This document shows positions 48,778-59,171 of a stretch of DNA of 64,000 bases, in pieces (the first letter of the stretch is position 1; every line of letters begins with the position of its first letter). Both the position numbers and the translations under genes were made by a program. Source of the DNA: Planctomycetota bacterium (GTDB taxonomy: Bacteria; Planctomycetota; B15-G4); assembly GCA_965248575.1 (NCBI GenBank), contig CBDFJQ010000002.1:1824001-1888000 (forward strand), written 5' to 3'. The notes beneath the pieces were generated by a model. The model had not been told where the DNA came from. It made no database searches and saw only the letters and a list, made by a program, of their open reading frames with translations.

Positions 48778-50439
48778 TCAGTTCACTTGGCGGTCGCGAC
48801 CCGCCCAGTAGGGCGCACGCAACACGTGCTTCTGGATCTTGCCGCTGGGCGTGCGCGGTAGGGATTGCACGAAGTCCACGCTCTTGGGGACCTTGAAGGC
48901 AGCCAGTCTCGAGCGCACGTCAGACAGGATGCTTCGAGCGCTTGCCTGCTCACCGTCTCGCAGCACTACGATGGCCTTGACCTGTTCGCCCCAGCGCTCA
49001 TCGGGGACACCGATGACCGCGGCTTCCGCCACGGCGGGGTGCCCGCACAAGGCGCTCTCGATCTCCGCCGGGTAGATGTTCTCACCCGCGTAGATGATCA
49101 TGTCCTTCAAGCGATCGTTGACGAAGAGGAAGCCCTGCTCATCGAGGAAGCCCGCGTCTCCCGTGTGCACCCAGCCACCGACGAGCGTGCTCGCCGTGGC
49201 CTCCGGGTTCTTCCAATAACCCAGCATGTTGGCTGGCGAGGCCAGGCAGACCTCGCCCACTTCGCGCACACCCAGCTCCCGCCCCTGTTCGTCGATCACC
49301 TTTGCGGCGACGCCCGGGTACGGTCGGCCCGCCGCGGCCATCCTCTCGTGCTCCGGGTCAGCGTGATCCTCAGGGCGCAGGCAGACGGCCGTGTTGCCGG
49401 TTTCCGTCAGTCCATAGATCTGGGCAAAGCGACACCCGAACACCTCGAGGGCCCGTTGCAGGACTGGCACGGGGATGGGTGAACCGCCGTACACGATGCA
49501 GTCCAGAGCAGTCCAGTCGGCGTCCTTGCATTCCGGTTCGGCCAACACCATCTGGATCATGGCAGGCACGAGGCACACCTTGCTCACCGCATGCTTCTGC
49601 ATGAGCTGGATGGCCGACCACGCCGTGAACGTTCCCGTCACGACCAAGGGTGTGCCTGCGGCCAGCGCCGTCATGTCGAACCAGATGCCGCCGATGTGGA
49701 ACAACGGCAGGGTGTGCAAGGCGACGTCGTCCGGGCTGAAACCGATCCAAGGATCCCCCACGGCGGCCATGCTCGCGATCACCGCGAAGAAGCTGCGGTG
49801 CGGCAGCATGACGCCCTTGGGCAGACCCGTCGTGCCGCTGGTGTACATCTGCACCACCACGTCCTCCGCATCGACTGCATGCTGCGCGAGCCCACGGGTC
49901 GACGCGTCGTCAGCCTTCCGATCGAGCCAAGGGTCATGCTTGGGTCGCCCCGCTTTCCAGGACGGATAGGCCTGTTCGGAGCAGTCACCTGTAGCGCTTC
50001 TTTCCACCGCAGGGGGAGCTCCATCCAGCCAGACCACGTGCTGAAGATGGGGCAGCTCGGGGCGAATCGAAGCCAGCACGTCGGCGAAGGCCCGCTCGAG
50101 AAACAGCAGCTGTGCCTCACCATGGTCGAGGATGTAGCGGATCTCCGGACCCGTCAGCCGCCAGTTGATCCCCATCAGCACCGTGCCAGCCTTGGCGCTC
50201 CCGAACAGGATCTGATAGGCCGCGATCGAGTCCTTTGCCAGGTAGGCAATGCGCGCTCCTGGCTCCAGGCCGGTGGCGAGCAGTGCGTGCGCAAGCTGGC
50301 AGCTGGCTTCGTCCAACTCGCGGAAGGAGACGCATTCATCGCCCTCGATGAGAGCAGTCGCAGCACCTCTCACCGCAGCCGCTGAGCGGGTGAGATCGCC
50401 CAGGGTCTGAGCCGAGCTGCCGGAGGGGTTCGATGCCAT
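48778..50439 (-). CDS. Fatty acyl-CoA/acyl-ACP ligase, ScoC/SfaB/FadD10-like
   Basis: YTSGTTGLPKGVMLPHRSFF, FHIGGIWF, QIYGLTETGNTAVCL, HTGDAG, DRLKDMII.AGENIYPAEIE, PRTPSGK. Confidence 0.85.
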   Translation of the reverse strand: MASNPSGSSAQTLGDLTRSAAAVRGAATALIEGDECVSFRELDEASCQLAHALLATGLEPGARIAYLAKDSIAAYQILFGSAKAGTVLMGINWRLTGPEIRYILDHGEAQLLFLERAFADVLASIRPELPHLQHVVWLDGAPPAVERSATGDCSEQAYPSWKAGRPKHDPWLDRKADDASTRGLAQHAVDAEDVVVQMYTSGTTGLPKGVMLPHRSFFAVIASMAAVGDPWIGFSPDDVALHTLPLFHIGGIWFDMTALAAGTPLVVTGTFTAWSAIQLMQKHAVSKVCLVPAMIQMVLAEPECKDADWTALDCIVYGGSPIPVPVLQRALEVFGCRFAQIYGLTETGNTAVCLRPEDHADPEHERMAAAGRPYPGVAAKVIDEQGRELGVREVGEVCLASPANMLGYWKNPEATASTLVGGWVHTGDAGFLDEQGFLFVNDRLKDMIIYAGENIYPAEIESALCGHPAVAEAAVIGVPDERWGEQVKAIVVLRDGEQASARSILSDVRSRLAAFKVPKSVDFVQSLPRTPSGKIQKHVLRAPYWAGRDRQVN

Positions 50440-50685
50440 CGTGGGTCAGGGTGTCCGGCCAGAGGGGCACAGGGGTGGCAGCGTCGCGTGGCCGCCAGGG
50501 CCCCGACAGACGTCCACCTTATACACGGCTCGACCCGGGTCACAGACACGCCCTCGGCCGCCGCGTCACCTCCCGCCCCCCATGACCTATGCCAAGCAAG
50601 TCGGCACGGGACGGGCAAGCCAGACGCGCAGTATAGTGACACCCCTTCGCCCCCCCCCTCGAACATCCACCCGGCAGGCACCCCG

Positions 50686-51267
50686 ATGAGCAAGGCCCGG
50701 AACACCGAGAGTTATCTAGTGGAGACAGCCGTCTTCGACCCGGTGCTCGCCTGCTACAAGCCCGACTGCCGCTACCTCAAGTCTGCGCTGGTTGAAGTCC
50801 CTCCGCAGAATGCCCGCGAAGAAGACCGCGGCGAGCCCGTGCTCTCGATGCTCTGCGACTTCGAAGTCCCACACTCCTGCTACATCGACGACACCGGGCA
50901 CTTCAACGCCGTCGAGTGGAACATCTGCATGAACCAGATGTACTACATGGGCGCCGCGGTCGGTGCCGTGCACGGCTGGGCCCCCGCCTTGAAAGACATG
51001 AGCTTGGAGGAGTTCCTGAGACGGCAGTTGTCCGACTCGCTGATCCACGACCTGCACAGCCGTTTCAAGACGCCTATCCAAGCAGCCCGGTTCCAGGGGC
51101 GCATCTCGTTCCCCAGCATCTCCAGGCGCCGCAGCTTCATCGTGCTCAAGACCACCTGTGCCTACTGGGATGAACACGGCGGCTACGCCGATGGGCAGGT
51201 GGACTACGTCATCGTGGACAGCAAGGACTCAGGGCACGCTTCGCCGCCTGAGTCCGCGAGCAAGTGA
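50686..51267 (+). CDS. fcoT: FcoT-family (ScoD/Rv0098-like) thioesterase
   Basis: VLACYKPDCRYL and SCYIDDTGHFNAVEWNICMNQMYY match the FcoT signature; start moved to MSKARN. Confidence 0.88.
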   Translation: MSKARNTESYLVETAVFDPVLACYKPDCRYLKSALVEVPPQNAREEDRGEPVLSMLCDFEVPHSCYIDDTGHFNAVEWNICMNQMYYMGAAVGAVHGWAPALKDMSLEEFLRRQLSDSLIHDLHSRFKTPIQAARFQGRISFPSISRRRSFIVLKTTCAYWDEHGGYADGQVDYVIVDSKDSGHASPPESASK

Positions 51268-51273
51268 CCGGCG

Positions 51274-54200
51274 GTGACTGGGCGCGACCACCCGGACGAT
51301 CGCAAGGCGGAACTCTCTCCCGCCAAGCGACGCCTGCTTGAGAAACGACTCGCGGCCCGCAGGGCAGGCGCCGGACAAGCGACCCCCATCCGTCGACAGA
51401 CTTCCGGGCCCTTCCCCAGCTCCTTCAACCAGGAACGCTTCTGGCTCCTGGAACAGCTGGAGCCAGGCAACCCTGCACACAACATCCCCTACGTCTCGCG
51501 CCTGACAGGGCAGCTCGACCGGCAGGCTTTCGAGGCCGCAATCGCGGGCCTGATCGAACGACACGAGATCTTCCGGACCACCTTCCAGGTGCTGGATGGG
51601 GTGCCCATGCAGGTGGTGGCTCCCGAGCTCAGCCTGCCGATTCCGTTTCACGATCTCGCTGAATTGTCCGAGTCGATGCGTGCACGCCGGCGTCAGGAGA
51701 TCATCCATGAGGCGAAGTTCGGCGCCTTCGATCTGGAGCGCGGGCCCCTGTCCAGGGTGGTGCTGCTCCGGCACCACGACCGTTTGCACGAGATGGTGGT
51801 TTGCCAGCACCACATCGTGAATGACGGCTTGGGCATCCAGTACCTGGGCGAGGATTTCGCCGCGCTCTACAGCGCGGCCGTGCGCGGTGGCCACCATGGC
51901 TTGTCGCCGCTCCCCGTGCAGTACAAGGACTGGGCCACCTGGCAGCGGCAGCAGCTCCAGGGCGAGACCCTCGAGCGAGGTCTCGCCTACTGGCGCAAGC
52001 AATTGGCCGCGCTTCCGGTGCTCGACATCCCCAAGGACCATCCCAAGCGCCACAAGGGCGGCTCGGTTGGTGCGAGAGAGCGGCTCGAACTCCCCCCAGC
52101 TCTCATGCCGCAGTTGAGGGAACTCTCGAGAGAGCAGCGAGTCACCCCCTTCATGACCTTGCTGGCCTGCTTCAACGTCTTGTTGATGCGCGTGACGGGC
52201 GAGACGGACATCGCCCTGGGCACACCCGTCGCAGGCCGCACACGCCACGAACTCAACCGACTGCCAGGCTTCTTCATCAACAGCCTCGTGCTGCGCAACG
52301 ATCTCTCGGGCGGCCTGACCTTCACTGAGCTCTTGCAGAGGGTCCGCCGCACGAGTCTTGAAGCACAAGACCATCAGGATGTGCCCTTCGAGCTCGTGCT
52401 GCAGGAGCTCCAACCGGAGCGTCACCTGGATCGCAGCCCACTCTTCCAGGTGATGTTCGACTACGTCGACTTCGTGCAGGATCGCCGTGAACTGCCGGGT
52501 CTGCTGATCGAGTCCGAAGGCACCTTGCTCGGCACCTTCTACGACCTCACGCTCTATGCCTGGGTCACCGAGCAGGGCGTGACGCTGGAGCTGGAGTACG
52601 ACGACGCCCTGTTCGAGGCGCGCACGATCCGCCGCTGGCTGTCCCGCCTGCAGCGCCTGATGGAAGCGGCGGTCCAAGACCCGGACTGCGCCGTCGACCG
52701 CCTCCCGCTCCTGGGCGAAGAGGAGGAGCGGGAACTCCAGGCCTGGGGACAGGGGCCAGACTGCGAGCCCCAAGACATCGTTCACAGGCAGTTCGCCCTG
52801 CAAGCGCAACGCCAACCCCAGGCCCTCGCGCTGAGCTTCCCCAGCCGAGGGCAGTCCCTCAGCTACGGTGAGCTGGACGTCGCGAGCAATCGGCTCGCCC
52901 ATCGCTTGCGATCATTGGGGGTGGGTCCCGAAGTGCTGGTGGGCGTCTGCCTGCCGAGGGGCATCGACCTCCTGGTGAGCCTGCTGGCGATCTGGAAGGC
53001 CGGAGGCGCGTACGTCCCCATCGACCCCAACCTTCCCGCCGAGCGCGTGCGCTTCTTGATCGAGGACACGCAGCTGGCCGTCCTCTTGACGCATGCCGGT
53101 CTGGATTCGATGCCATCCCCGTCGGTGCCATCCCAGGGGGACGCCGAAGTTCCTTTCGTCCTGCGTCTGGATGCAAGCGCCGAGAGCATCGCTCAGGAAC
53201 CGCCGGGCCCCGTAGCGGATCTCTCCCGGCCGGAACATCTGAGCTACGTCATCTACACATCGGGCTCCACAGGCCAACCCAAGGGCACGCTGATCGAGCA
53301 CAGCGCCCTGGCCAACCATGTGGGATGGGTCAAGGACACCTTCCAGATCAACGAGAGCGATCGCTTGCTGCTGAGGACCCCGCTCAGTTTCGACGCCTCC
53401 GTTTGGGAGCTCGTTCACCCCCTGGTTGCCGGCGCCCAATTGATCATCGCTGCTCCGGGCGCGGAGCAGGACGCGGACGAACTGCTGGAGCTCGCCGCGA
53501 CCCAGGGCATCACCGTGCTGCAAACGGTGCCCTCCCTGCTGCAGGTTTGGGTCGACGAACCGCGGCTGGCCGACTGCCAATCGCTGCGACACCTGATCTG
53601 TGCGGGCGAGGCGCTCTCATCCGCGCTGGTCGATCGCGTCCATGAACGCCTGCGCCAGGACAACCTCCAGCTCACGTTGCACAACCTGTACGGTCCCTCC
53701 GAAGCCTGCATCGACAGCTCCAGCCAGATCTGTGGACCGGAGACCGCACGGGGTCGGGACGTGCTACCCATCGGCCGCCCCGCTTCCGGCGTGCGCCTGT
53801 CGGTCCTGGATGAACACCAGGCTCCCAGCCCCGTGGGCGCGGTGGGAGAGATCTACGTGGGCGGGCCAGGAGTGGCGCGCGGCTACCTCGGGCGCCCCGA
53901 ACTCACGGCTTCCGTCTTCCTTCCGGATCCCGCGGCACCAGGCCAGACGATGTACCGCACCGTTTACCGCACCGGCGACCTGGGCCGCTGGCTCGACCAC
54001 GGCGTCCTGGAATACGTCGGTCGCCGTGATCAGCAGGTCAAGATCTCCGGCTACCGCATCGAGCTGGGCGAGATTGAAGCCACACTGCTGCAACACCCAG
54101 GCGTGCGCCAGGCCGTCGTCCTGGCGCAGCCCGTCAACTGGCACCAGGGCGACCCCGAGTCGACTTCGGCCCTGTCACGCAGGCGTCTCGTGGCCTATGT

Positions 54201-57200
54201 CGTGCCGCAGGTCGCAGCTTGGGTGGCCGACGCCAGCGACAGCGTGCGCATCACGGAGCTGCGGTCGTTCCTCCAGACCTCCCTACCGCCCTACATGCTT
54301 CCGTTGGCGTGGGTCTTCCTCGACGCCCTGCCCCTGAATGCGGCCGAGAAGGTCGACCGCAAAGCCCTGGCTTCGTCCCCGTTGCGCACACCGAGCCCAA
54401 CGCAAGCAGGTGCTGCGGCCCCCCCGCCGACACCCCCGGGCAGCGCCACGGAGAAACAGCTCGTGCCGCTCTGGGCCGACTGCCTCGGCCTTGAAGAGGT
54501 CGGCATCCACGACGACTTCTTCGGCCTGGGAGGCAGCTCTCTCATGGCGATGCAACTGGCCTCACGCATGGGCGCCGCCCTGCAACGCCGGGTGCCGTTG
54601 CGCATGCTGTTCGAGTTGCCGAGCGTGGCGCGCCTGGCTCAGGCGCTCGATCATGCCGACAGCGTTCCTCTCCCGTCTCTCCAAGCCTCAGTGCTCAGTG
54701 CCGGTTCCAGTGCCGGTTCCAGTGAAGGCGCCCCGCTCTCGCACGCACAACAACGGCTCTGGTTTCTCGACCAGCTCGACCCTGCTTCACCTGTCTACAA
54801 CCTGGCTGCGGCCCTGCGCTTGAGAGGCCATGTGGATCGCGACGCCTTGCAACAGGCCTGCGACGCCCTGGTGCGGGACCACGACATCCTGCGCACCACC
54901 TTCGAGCTGCGGGACGGGACAGCACACCAAGTCATCCACCCCGCGAACGGCGCCCACGCGCTCAAGCTGCACGCGGAACAGGTCACTGATCGACCAGCGC
55001 ACGGCGCCTCCACCGGTGCCTCCACCCGCGCCCGCGCCGAAGAACTCGCCCGCGAGCCCTTCGATCTCGCGCAAGGGCCTCTCGCCCGGGCCTACTTGTT
55101 GAGCCCATCCAGCGACGAGCACATCCTGCTGTTCGTCCAGCACCACATCGTTTCTGACGGTTGGTCGCTAGGCATCGCCATGCGCCAGTTCATGGAGCAC
55201 TATGAGGCGGCGTGCGCGGGCGTCGCGCTGGGACGCCACAGGCCGCAACTCCGCTACGCCGACTTCGCCCGCTGGCAACAGGCCGCCCAACAGGACGCAG
55301 CTGCAGGTTTGGCGCATGCGGCGGGTCTCGAGTTCTGGAAGCACAGCCTGACAGGTGCGCCGTTCGCACTGGAGCTGCCCACCGACCGGCCCCGCCCTGC
55401 CACCCAGAGTCGCGCGGGGCGACGCCTCCGCTTCCCGTTGCCCCAAGGCCTGTCCGACGACCTGCGCGAGCTCTCCCGCTCCCTCAACGCAACACTCTTC
55501 GACACGTTGGCCGCCGCATGCAGTGTGCTGCTCGAACGCCTCAGTGGTGCGGAAGACATGGTGCTGGGCACGGTGGTCGCGAATCGGACGCGCCTGGAGC
55601 AGGAGGACGTGCTGGGCCTCTTCGTGAACACCTTGCCCTTGCGCGTGCAACTCACGGGCGATCCGACCTTCGCCCAGCTGGTGGCCCGGGTGCACGGCCT
55701 GGCCATCAACGCCTGGGAACACCAGGAGATCCCCTTCGAACAGGTGGTAGAGGCCATCAATCCCCCCCGCGATCTGTCCCGGGCACCGATCTTCCAGGTG
55801 GCCTTCGGCGTCGACAACCTGCCGGACCCACCCATGGCCTTGGCCGGTCTCGAGCTGGAGGTGCTGGACCTGGACCTCGGCAGCGCCAAGCTCGACCTCA
55901 ACATCATGCTGGAGGAGCGGGCCACCCGGCTCGAGGGCGCGGTGGAGTTCAGCACCGATCTGTTTGACGACGACACCATCCGCCGTTGGTGGAGCTGCTT
56001 CGAGACCTTGCTCCGGTCCTGTGTCGCCACGCCCCGCTTGTCCATCCATCGTTTGGCGATTCTCGACGAGCTGGACCGGCGGCAGCTGCAGGATGAGTTC
56101 GCAGGGCCCAACGTCAGCCTTGCTGAGCCTTCGAGCCTTCCTGCTCGCTTCCTGGCCGCAGCGAGAGCACACCGGGAGTCCACCGCACTGATCGACCTGG
56201 CGCCCAGCTCGCCACGCCCGTGGACCTACCGGCAACTTCACGAACGCGTGTTGCAGCTGGCCACCGAGCTGCAGGCTCGCGGCGTGGGGCCCGAGAGCCT
56301 CGTGGGCCTTGTCATCCCGCGCTCTACCGAAGCCCTGATCGCCATGCTGGCCACCTGGGTTGCCGGCGGTGCCGTGCTGCCGCTGGATGTTGACCAGCCC
56401 GCAACGCGTCTCGCACGTCTCATGGAGGAGGCGGGAGTTTCCCTCACCTTGGTCTGCGGATCGAGCGCTGCAGAGCTGCGACACGGCCCCTGGGAGCGGC
56501 TGGACCTGGAGGGCCTGGCCGCCCTCGGCAGCCCCGAGGGCTCCGACGTGAGAGCGCCCGAGGAGCACTTCGCCCCTCCCGCCCCCTCGCAACTGGCGTA
56601 TGTGCTCTTCACCTCCGGCTCGACCGGGCAACCCAAGGGGGTGGAGGTCACCCACGGCGCCTTGGCGGAACAGTTTGCGTGGTACCTCAACGAACTCGCC
56701 GCCACCTCCGCCGATCGTTTCATGGCGCGCATCCCCATCCACTTCGACGCCAACTTCCTGGAGTGGGTGCCGCCGCTGCTCACAGGCGGATCGCTGGTCA
56801 TGGTGCCCCCCGAGCAGTCGGCCGACCCACGGCGCCTGGCCGAGATCGCCGCCACTCACGACGTCAGCGTGCTGCACGAACCACCGCCCATGCTGGAAGC
56901 CTTGCTGCGTGAGCCACAGCTCGCTCACGCATCGGCCCTGCGACACCTCACCACCGGCGGCGACCTGCTACACGAGCAGCTCATCGCGAGCAGCTTCGCC
57001 CAGCTGCCCATCGAGCGCGCCATCACTCTCTATGGCCCCACGGAGGCCTGCATCGATGTGACCTGCCGCCGTTGGGATCGCGGTGACATGGACGACAGCT
57101 CGCTCGGCATCGCCACGGTCGGCACACCCCATGACAACGTGCGCCTGCATCTCGTGGACCGCCGGGATCGCCTCGTGCCCGTGGGCGTGCCCGGCGAGAT

Positions 57201-59169
57201 CCTGATCAGCGGTAGGCATCTCGCTCGAGGCTATCGGGGTCAGCCCGAGGCGACGGTTCGCGCCTTTCCACAGGACCCCTTCGGCCCCCGCGGCCAGCGC
57301 GTCTATCGCACGGGAGATCTGGGCCGCTGGCACGCCGATGGCCAGCTCGAGTTCCTGGGCCGCCTGGACGCGCAGGTCAAGGTCTCGGGGCAGCGCGTGG
57401 AGCCCGGCGAACTGGAAGCCACCCTGCTCGGACATCCCGCCATCCGAGATGCACACGTGCGCGCACGGCACGACCGGGCGGCGCTCCTGGCCTGGGTCGC
57501 GGTTCAGCCCGGTGAGAGGCCGGCCCTCGACGAGGCCGGCCTCAAGAGCTGGCTCAGGCAGCGGCTGCCCCCGATCCTCATCCCGTCACGGGTCTCGCTG
57601 CAGGCCAGCCTCCCGCGACTCTCCACGGGCAAGATCGATGGCGCTGCGCTCCCGCCCCTCGACCGATCCGGCGAGCAGACCGCCCAGGCGAAACCGGATC
57701 ATGGAGACGAGCCCCCGCTCACGCCGACCGAAGCCCTGGTTCTGCAGGTCTTCCGGGAGGTCCTCGAACGGTCGACGCTCGGTCTGCACGACGACTTTTT
57801 CGAGAGCGGCGGCAACTCGCTCATGGCGCTGAAGCTCGTGGCCGACATGGAGCACGGCTTCGAGCAGGTGCTGTCCCTGCGAGAGCTGTTCGAACAGCCC
57901 ACGCCAGCGCGCGTTGCGCAACTGTTGGAGCACAAGCAACACGGTCTGCCGGGGGCGGGCCCACGTACTGGTGCCGCGCTCGACCTACGGGCTGAAGCCA
58001 CGCTCGATGCGAGCCTGAGCGTGTCAGCGCCCCCTGCCAGCTGGCCCCCGCGCAAGGTCTTCCTCACGGGGGCGACTGGTTTCCTGGGAATCCACGTGCT
58101 CGCCGAGTTGCTGCTGCGCAGCGATGTCGAAGTGCATGCCCTCGTGCGCGCGGACTCCCCGCAGCTCGGCCTGGAGCGCCTGACAGCCAGCCTCGAGCGC
58201 TACGCCTTGTACGGACCCATCCACGAAAGTGGCGCACTGACCCGCGTGCACGCTGTTCCTGGCCAACTCGATGCGCAGCGCTTCGGACTCGGCGAGCGGC
58301 AGTTCGATGACCTGGGCCGGGAGCTGGACGCCATCATCCACTCGGGCGCGTCGGTCGACTTCTTCAAGCACTACGGGGCGCTCAAGGCCGCCAATGTCGA
58401 CGGCACCAGAGAGGTCCTGCGTCTGGCCTGCCAAACCCGGACCAAGCCCGTCCACTACGTGTCCACCATTGGGGTGATCGCCTTTGAGCGCTTGCAGACG
58501 AAGCTCGTGCGGGAGTCTGACCCGCTGCCGGGCCCGGAGGGGCTCGAGGGCGGCTATGAGCAGAGCAAGTGGGTCGCCGAGCAACTGGTGCACGAAGCGA
58601 GCGCCCGCGGCCTCCCCGTCAGTGTTCATCGCCCAGGCCGCGTGTCCGCCAGCGCCACGACGGGGCTCGGCAACACCGAGGACATGGCCAGCCGCGTGTT
58701 CGCAGGCTGTGTGGCGATGGGAGCCGTCCCGGACATCGACGGCAGCCTGGACATCACGCCGGTCGACTACTGCGCCGCCGCGCTCGTCCATCTCTTCCTG
58801 CATCAGAGGGCCGAAGGTCGCGTGTACCACCTGGTCAACCCCCAACGGGCGCGCATGCAGGATGCCTACGATGCCGCCGAGCGAGTCGGCCACGCCACGC
58901 GCCGTCTCAGCTATGCCGCATGGCATGCGGAGTTCCTGGAGCGGGTCGGCGGCAAACCCGACGACCCCATGTACCCCCTGCTCCCGTTGCTGACATCCGC
59001 TTCCGACGGTTTGCTGCGTGAGTCCGACTTCCTGCCGGACCTCGTCATGCCGGAGCTCGGCTGGGACAACGTGCGCAAGGGCCTGGAGGGCAGCGGCATC
59101 GCATGCCCCGTCGTGGACACCGGCTTGATCGAACGCTGGATCGATGCAGCGAGCCCACCGGACACGTAG
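51274..59169 (+). CDS. Dimodular NRPS, C-A-T-C-A-T-R (terminal thioester reductase)
   Basis: C1 HHIVNDG; A1 YTSGSTGQPKG / YGPSE; T1 FFGLGGSSL; C2 HHIVSDGWS; A2 FTSGSTGQPKG / YGPTE; T2 FFESGGNSL; R TGATGFLG and YEQSKWVAE. Confidence 0.96.
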   Translation: MTGRDHPDDRKAELSPAKRRLLEKRLAARRAGAGQATPIRRQTSGPFPSSFNQERFWLLEQLEPGNPAHNIPYVSRLTGQLDRQAFEAAIAGLIERHEIFRTTFQVLDGVPMQVVAPELSLPIPFHDLAELSESMRARRRQEIIHEAKFGAFDLERGPLSRVVLLRHHDRLHEMVVCQHHIVNDGLGIQYLGEDFAALYSAAVRGGHHGLSPLPVQYKDWATWQRQQLQGETLERGLAYWRKQLAALPVLDIPKDHPKRHKGGSVGARERLELPPALMPQLRELSREQRVTPFMTLLACFNVLLMRVTGETDIALGTPVAGRTRHELNRLPGFFINSLVLRNDLSGGLTFTELLQRVRRTSLEAQDHQDVPFELVLQELQPERHLDRSPLFQVMFDYVDFVQDRRELPGLLIESEGTLLGTFYDLTLYAWVTEQGVTLELEYDDALFEARTIRRWLSRLQRLMEAAVQDPDCAVDRLPLLGEEEERELQAWGQGPDCEPQDIVHRQFALQAQRQPQALALSFPSRGQSLSYGELDVASNRLAHRLRSLGVGPEVLVGVCLPRGIDLLVSLLAIWKAGGAYVPIDPNLPAERVRFLIEDTQLAVLLTHAGLDSMPSPSVPSQGDAEVPFVLRLDASAESIAQEPPGPVADLSRPEHLSYVIYTSGSTGQPKGTLIEHSALANHVGWVKDTFQINESDRLLLRTPLSFDASVWELVHPLVAGAQLIIAAPGAEQDADELLELAATQGITVLQTVPSLLQVWVDEPRLADCQSLRHLICAGEALSSALVDRVHERLRQDNLQLTLHNLYGPSEACIDSSSQICGPETARGRDVLPIGRPASGVRLSVLDEHQAPSPVGAVGEIYVGGPGVARGYLGRPELTASVFLPDPAAPGQTMYRTVYRTGDLGRWLDHGVLEYVGRRDQQVKISGYRIELGEIEATLLQHPGVRQAVVLAQPVNWHQGDPESTSALSRRRLVAYVVPQVAAWVADASDSVRITELRSFLQTSLPPYMLPLAWVFLDALPLNAAEKVDRKALASSPLRTPSPTQAGAAAPPPTPPGSATEKQLVPLWADCLGLEEVGIHDDFFGLGGSSLMAMQLASRMGAALQRRVPLRMLFELPSVARLAQALDHADSVPLPSLQASVLSAGSSAGSSEGAPLSHAQQRLWFLDQLDPASPVYNLAAALRLRGHVDRDALQQACDALVRDHDILRTTFELRDGTAHQVIHPANGAHALKLHAEQVTDRPAHGASTGASTRARAEELAREPFDLAQGPLARAYLLSPSSDEHILLFVQHHIVSDGWSLGIAMRQFMEHYEAACAGVALGRHRPQLRYADFARWQQAAQQDAAAGLAHAAGLEFWKHSLTGAPFALELPTDRPRPATQSRAGRRLRFPLPQGLSDDLRELSRSLNATLFDTLAAACSVLLERLSGAEDMVLGTVVANRTRLEQEDVLGLFVNTLPLRVQLTGDPTFAQLVARVHGLAINAWEHQEIPFEQVVEAINPPRDLSRAPIFQVAFGVDNLPDPPMALAGLELEVLDLDLGSAKLDLNIMLEERATRLEGAVEFSTDLFDDDTIRRWWSCFETLLRSCVATPRLSIHRLAILDELDRRQLQDEFAGPNVSLAEPSSLPARFLAAARAHRESTALIDLAPSSPRPWTYRQLHERVLQLATELQARGVGPESLVGLVIPRSTEALIAMLATWVAGGAVLPLDVDQPATRLARLMEEAGVSLTLVCGSSAAELRHGPWERLDLEGLAALGSPEGSDVRAPEEHFAPPAPSQLAYVLFTSGSTGQPKGVEVTHGALAEQFAWYLNELAATSADRFMARIPIHFDANFLEWVPPLLTGGSLVMVPPEQSADPRRLAEIAATHDVSVLHEPPPMLEALLREPQLAHASALRHLTTGGDLLHEQLIASSFAQLPIERAITLYGPTEACIDVTCRRWDRGDMDDSSLGIATVGTPHDNVRLHLVDRRDRLVPVGVPGEILISGRHLARGYRGQPEATVRAFPQDPFGPRGQRVYRTGDLGRWHADGQLEFLGRLDAQVKVSGQRVEPGELEATLLGHPAIRDAHVRARHDRAALLAWVAVQPGERPALDEAGLKSWLRQRLPPILIPSRVSLQASLPRLSTGKIDGAALPPLDRSGEQTAQAKPDHGDEPPLTPTEALVLQVFREVLERSTLGLHDDFFESGGNSLMALKLVADMEHGFEQVLSLRELFEQPTPARVAQLLEHKQHGLPGAGPRTGAALDLRAEATLDASLSVSAPPASWPPRKVFLTGATGFLGIHVLAELLLRSDVEVHALVRADSPQLGLERLTASLERYALYGPIHESGALTRVHAVPGQLDAQRFGLGERQFDDLGRELDAIIHSGASVDFFKHYGALKAANVDGTREVLRLACQTRTKPVHYVSTIGVIAFERLQTKLVRESDPLPGPEGLEGGYEQSKWVAEQLVHEASARGLPVSVHRPGRVSASATTGLGNTEDMASRVFAGCVAMGAVPDIDGSLDITPVDYCAAALVHLFLHQRAEGRVYHLVNPQRARMQDAYDAAERVGHATRRLSYAAWHAEFLERVGGKPDDPMYPLLPLLTSASDGLLRESDFLPDLVMPELGWDNVRKGLEGSGIACPVVDTGLIERWIDAASPPDT

Positions 59170-59171
59170 CT

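Noticed and set aside
50440..50685. Searched for a small ACP (ScoB-like) between the ligase and FcoT, and also at 61730-62170
   Set aside because: No acidic ~80-aa ORF with a (D/N)S(L/I/M) motif was found; both look like divergent promoter regions.
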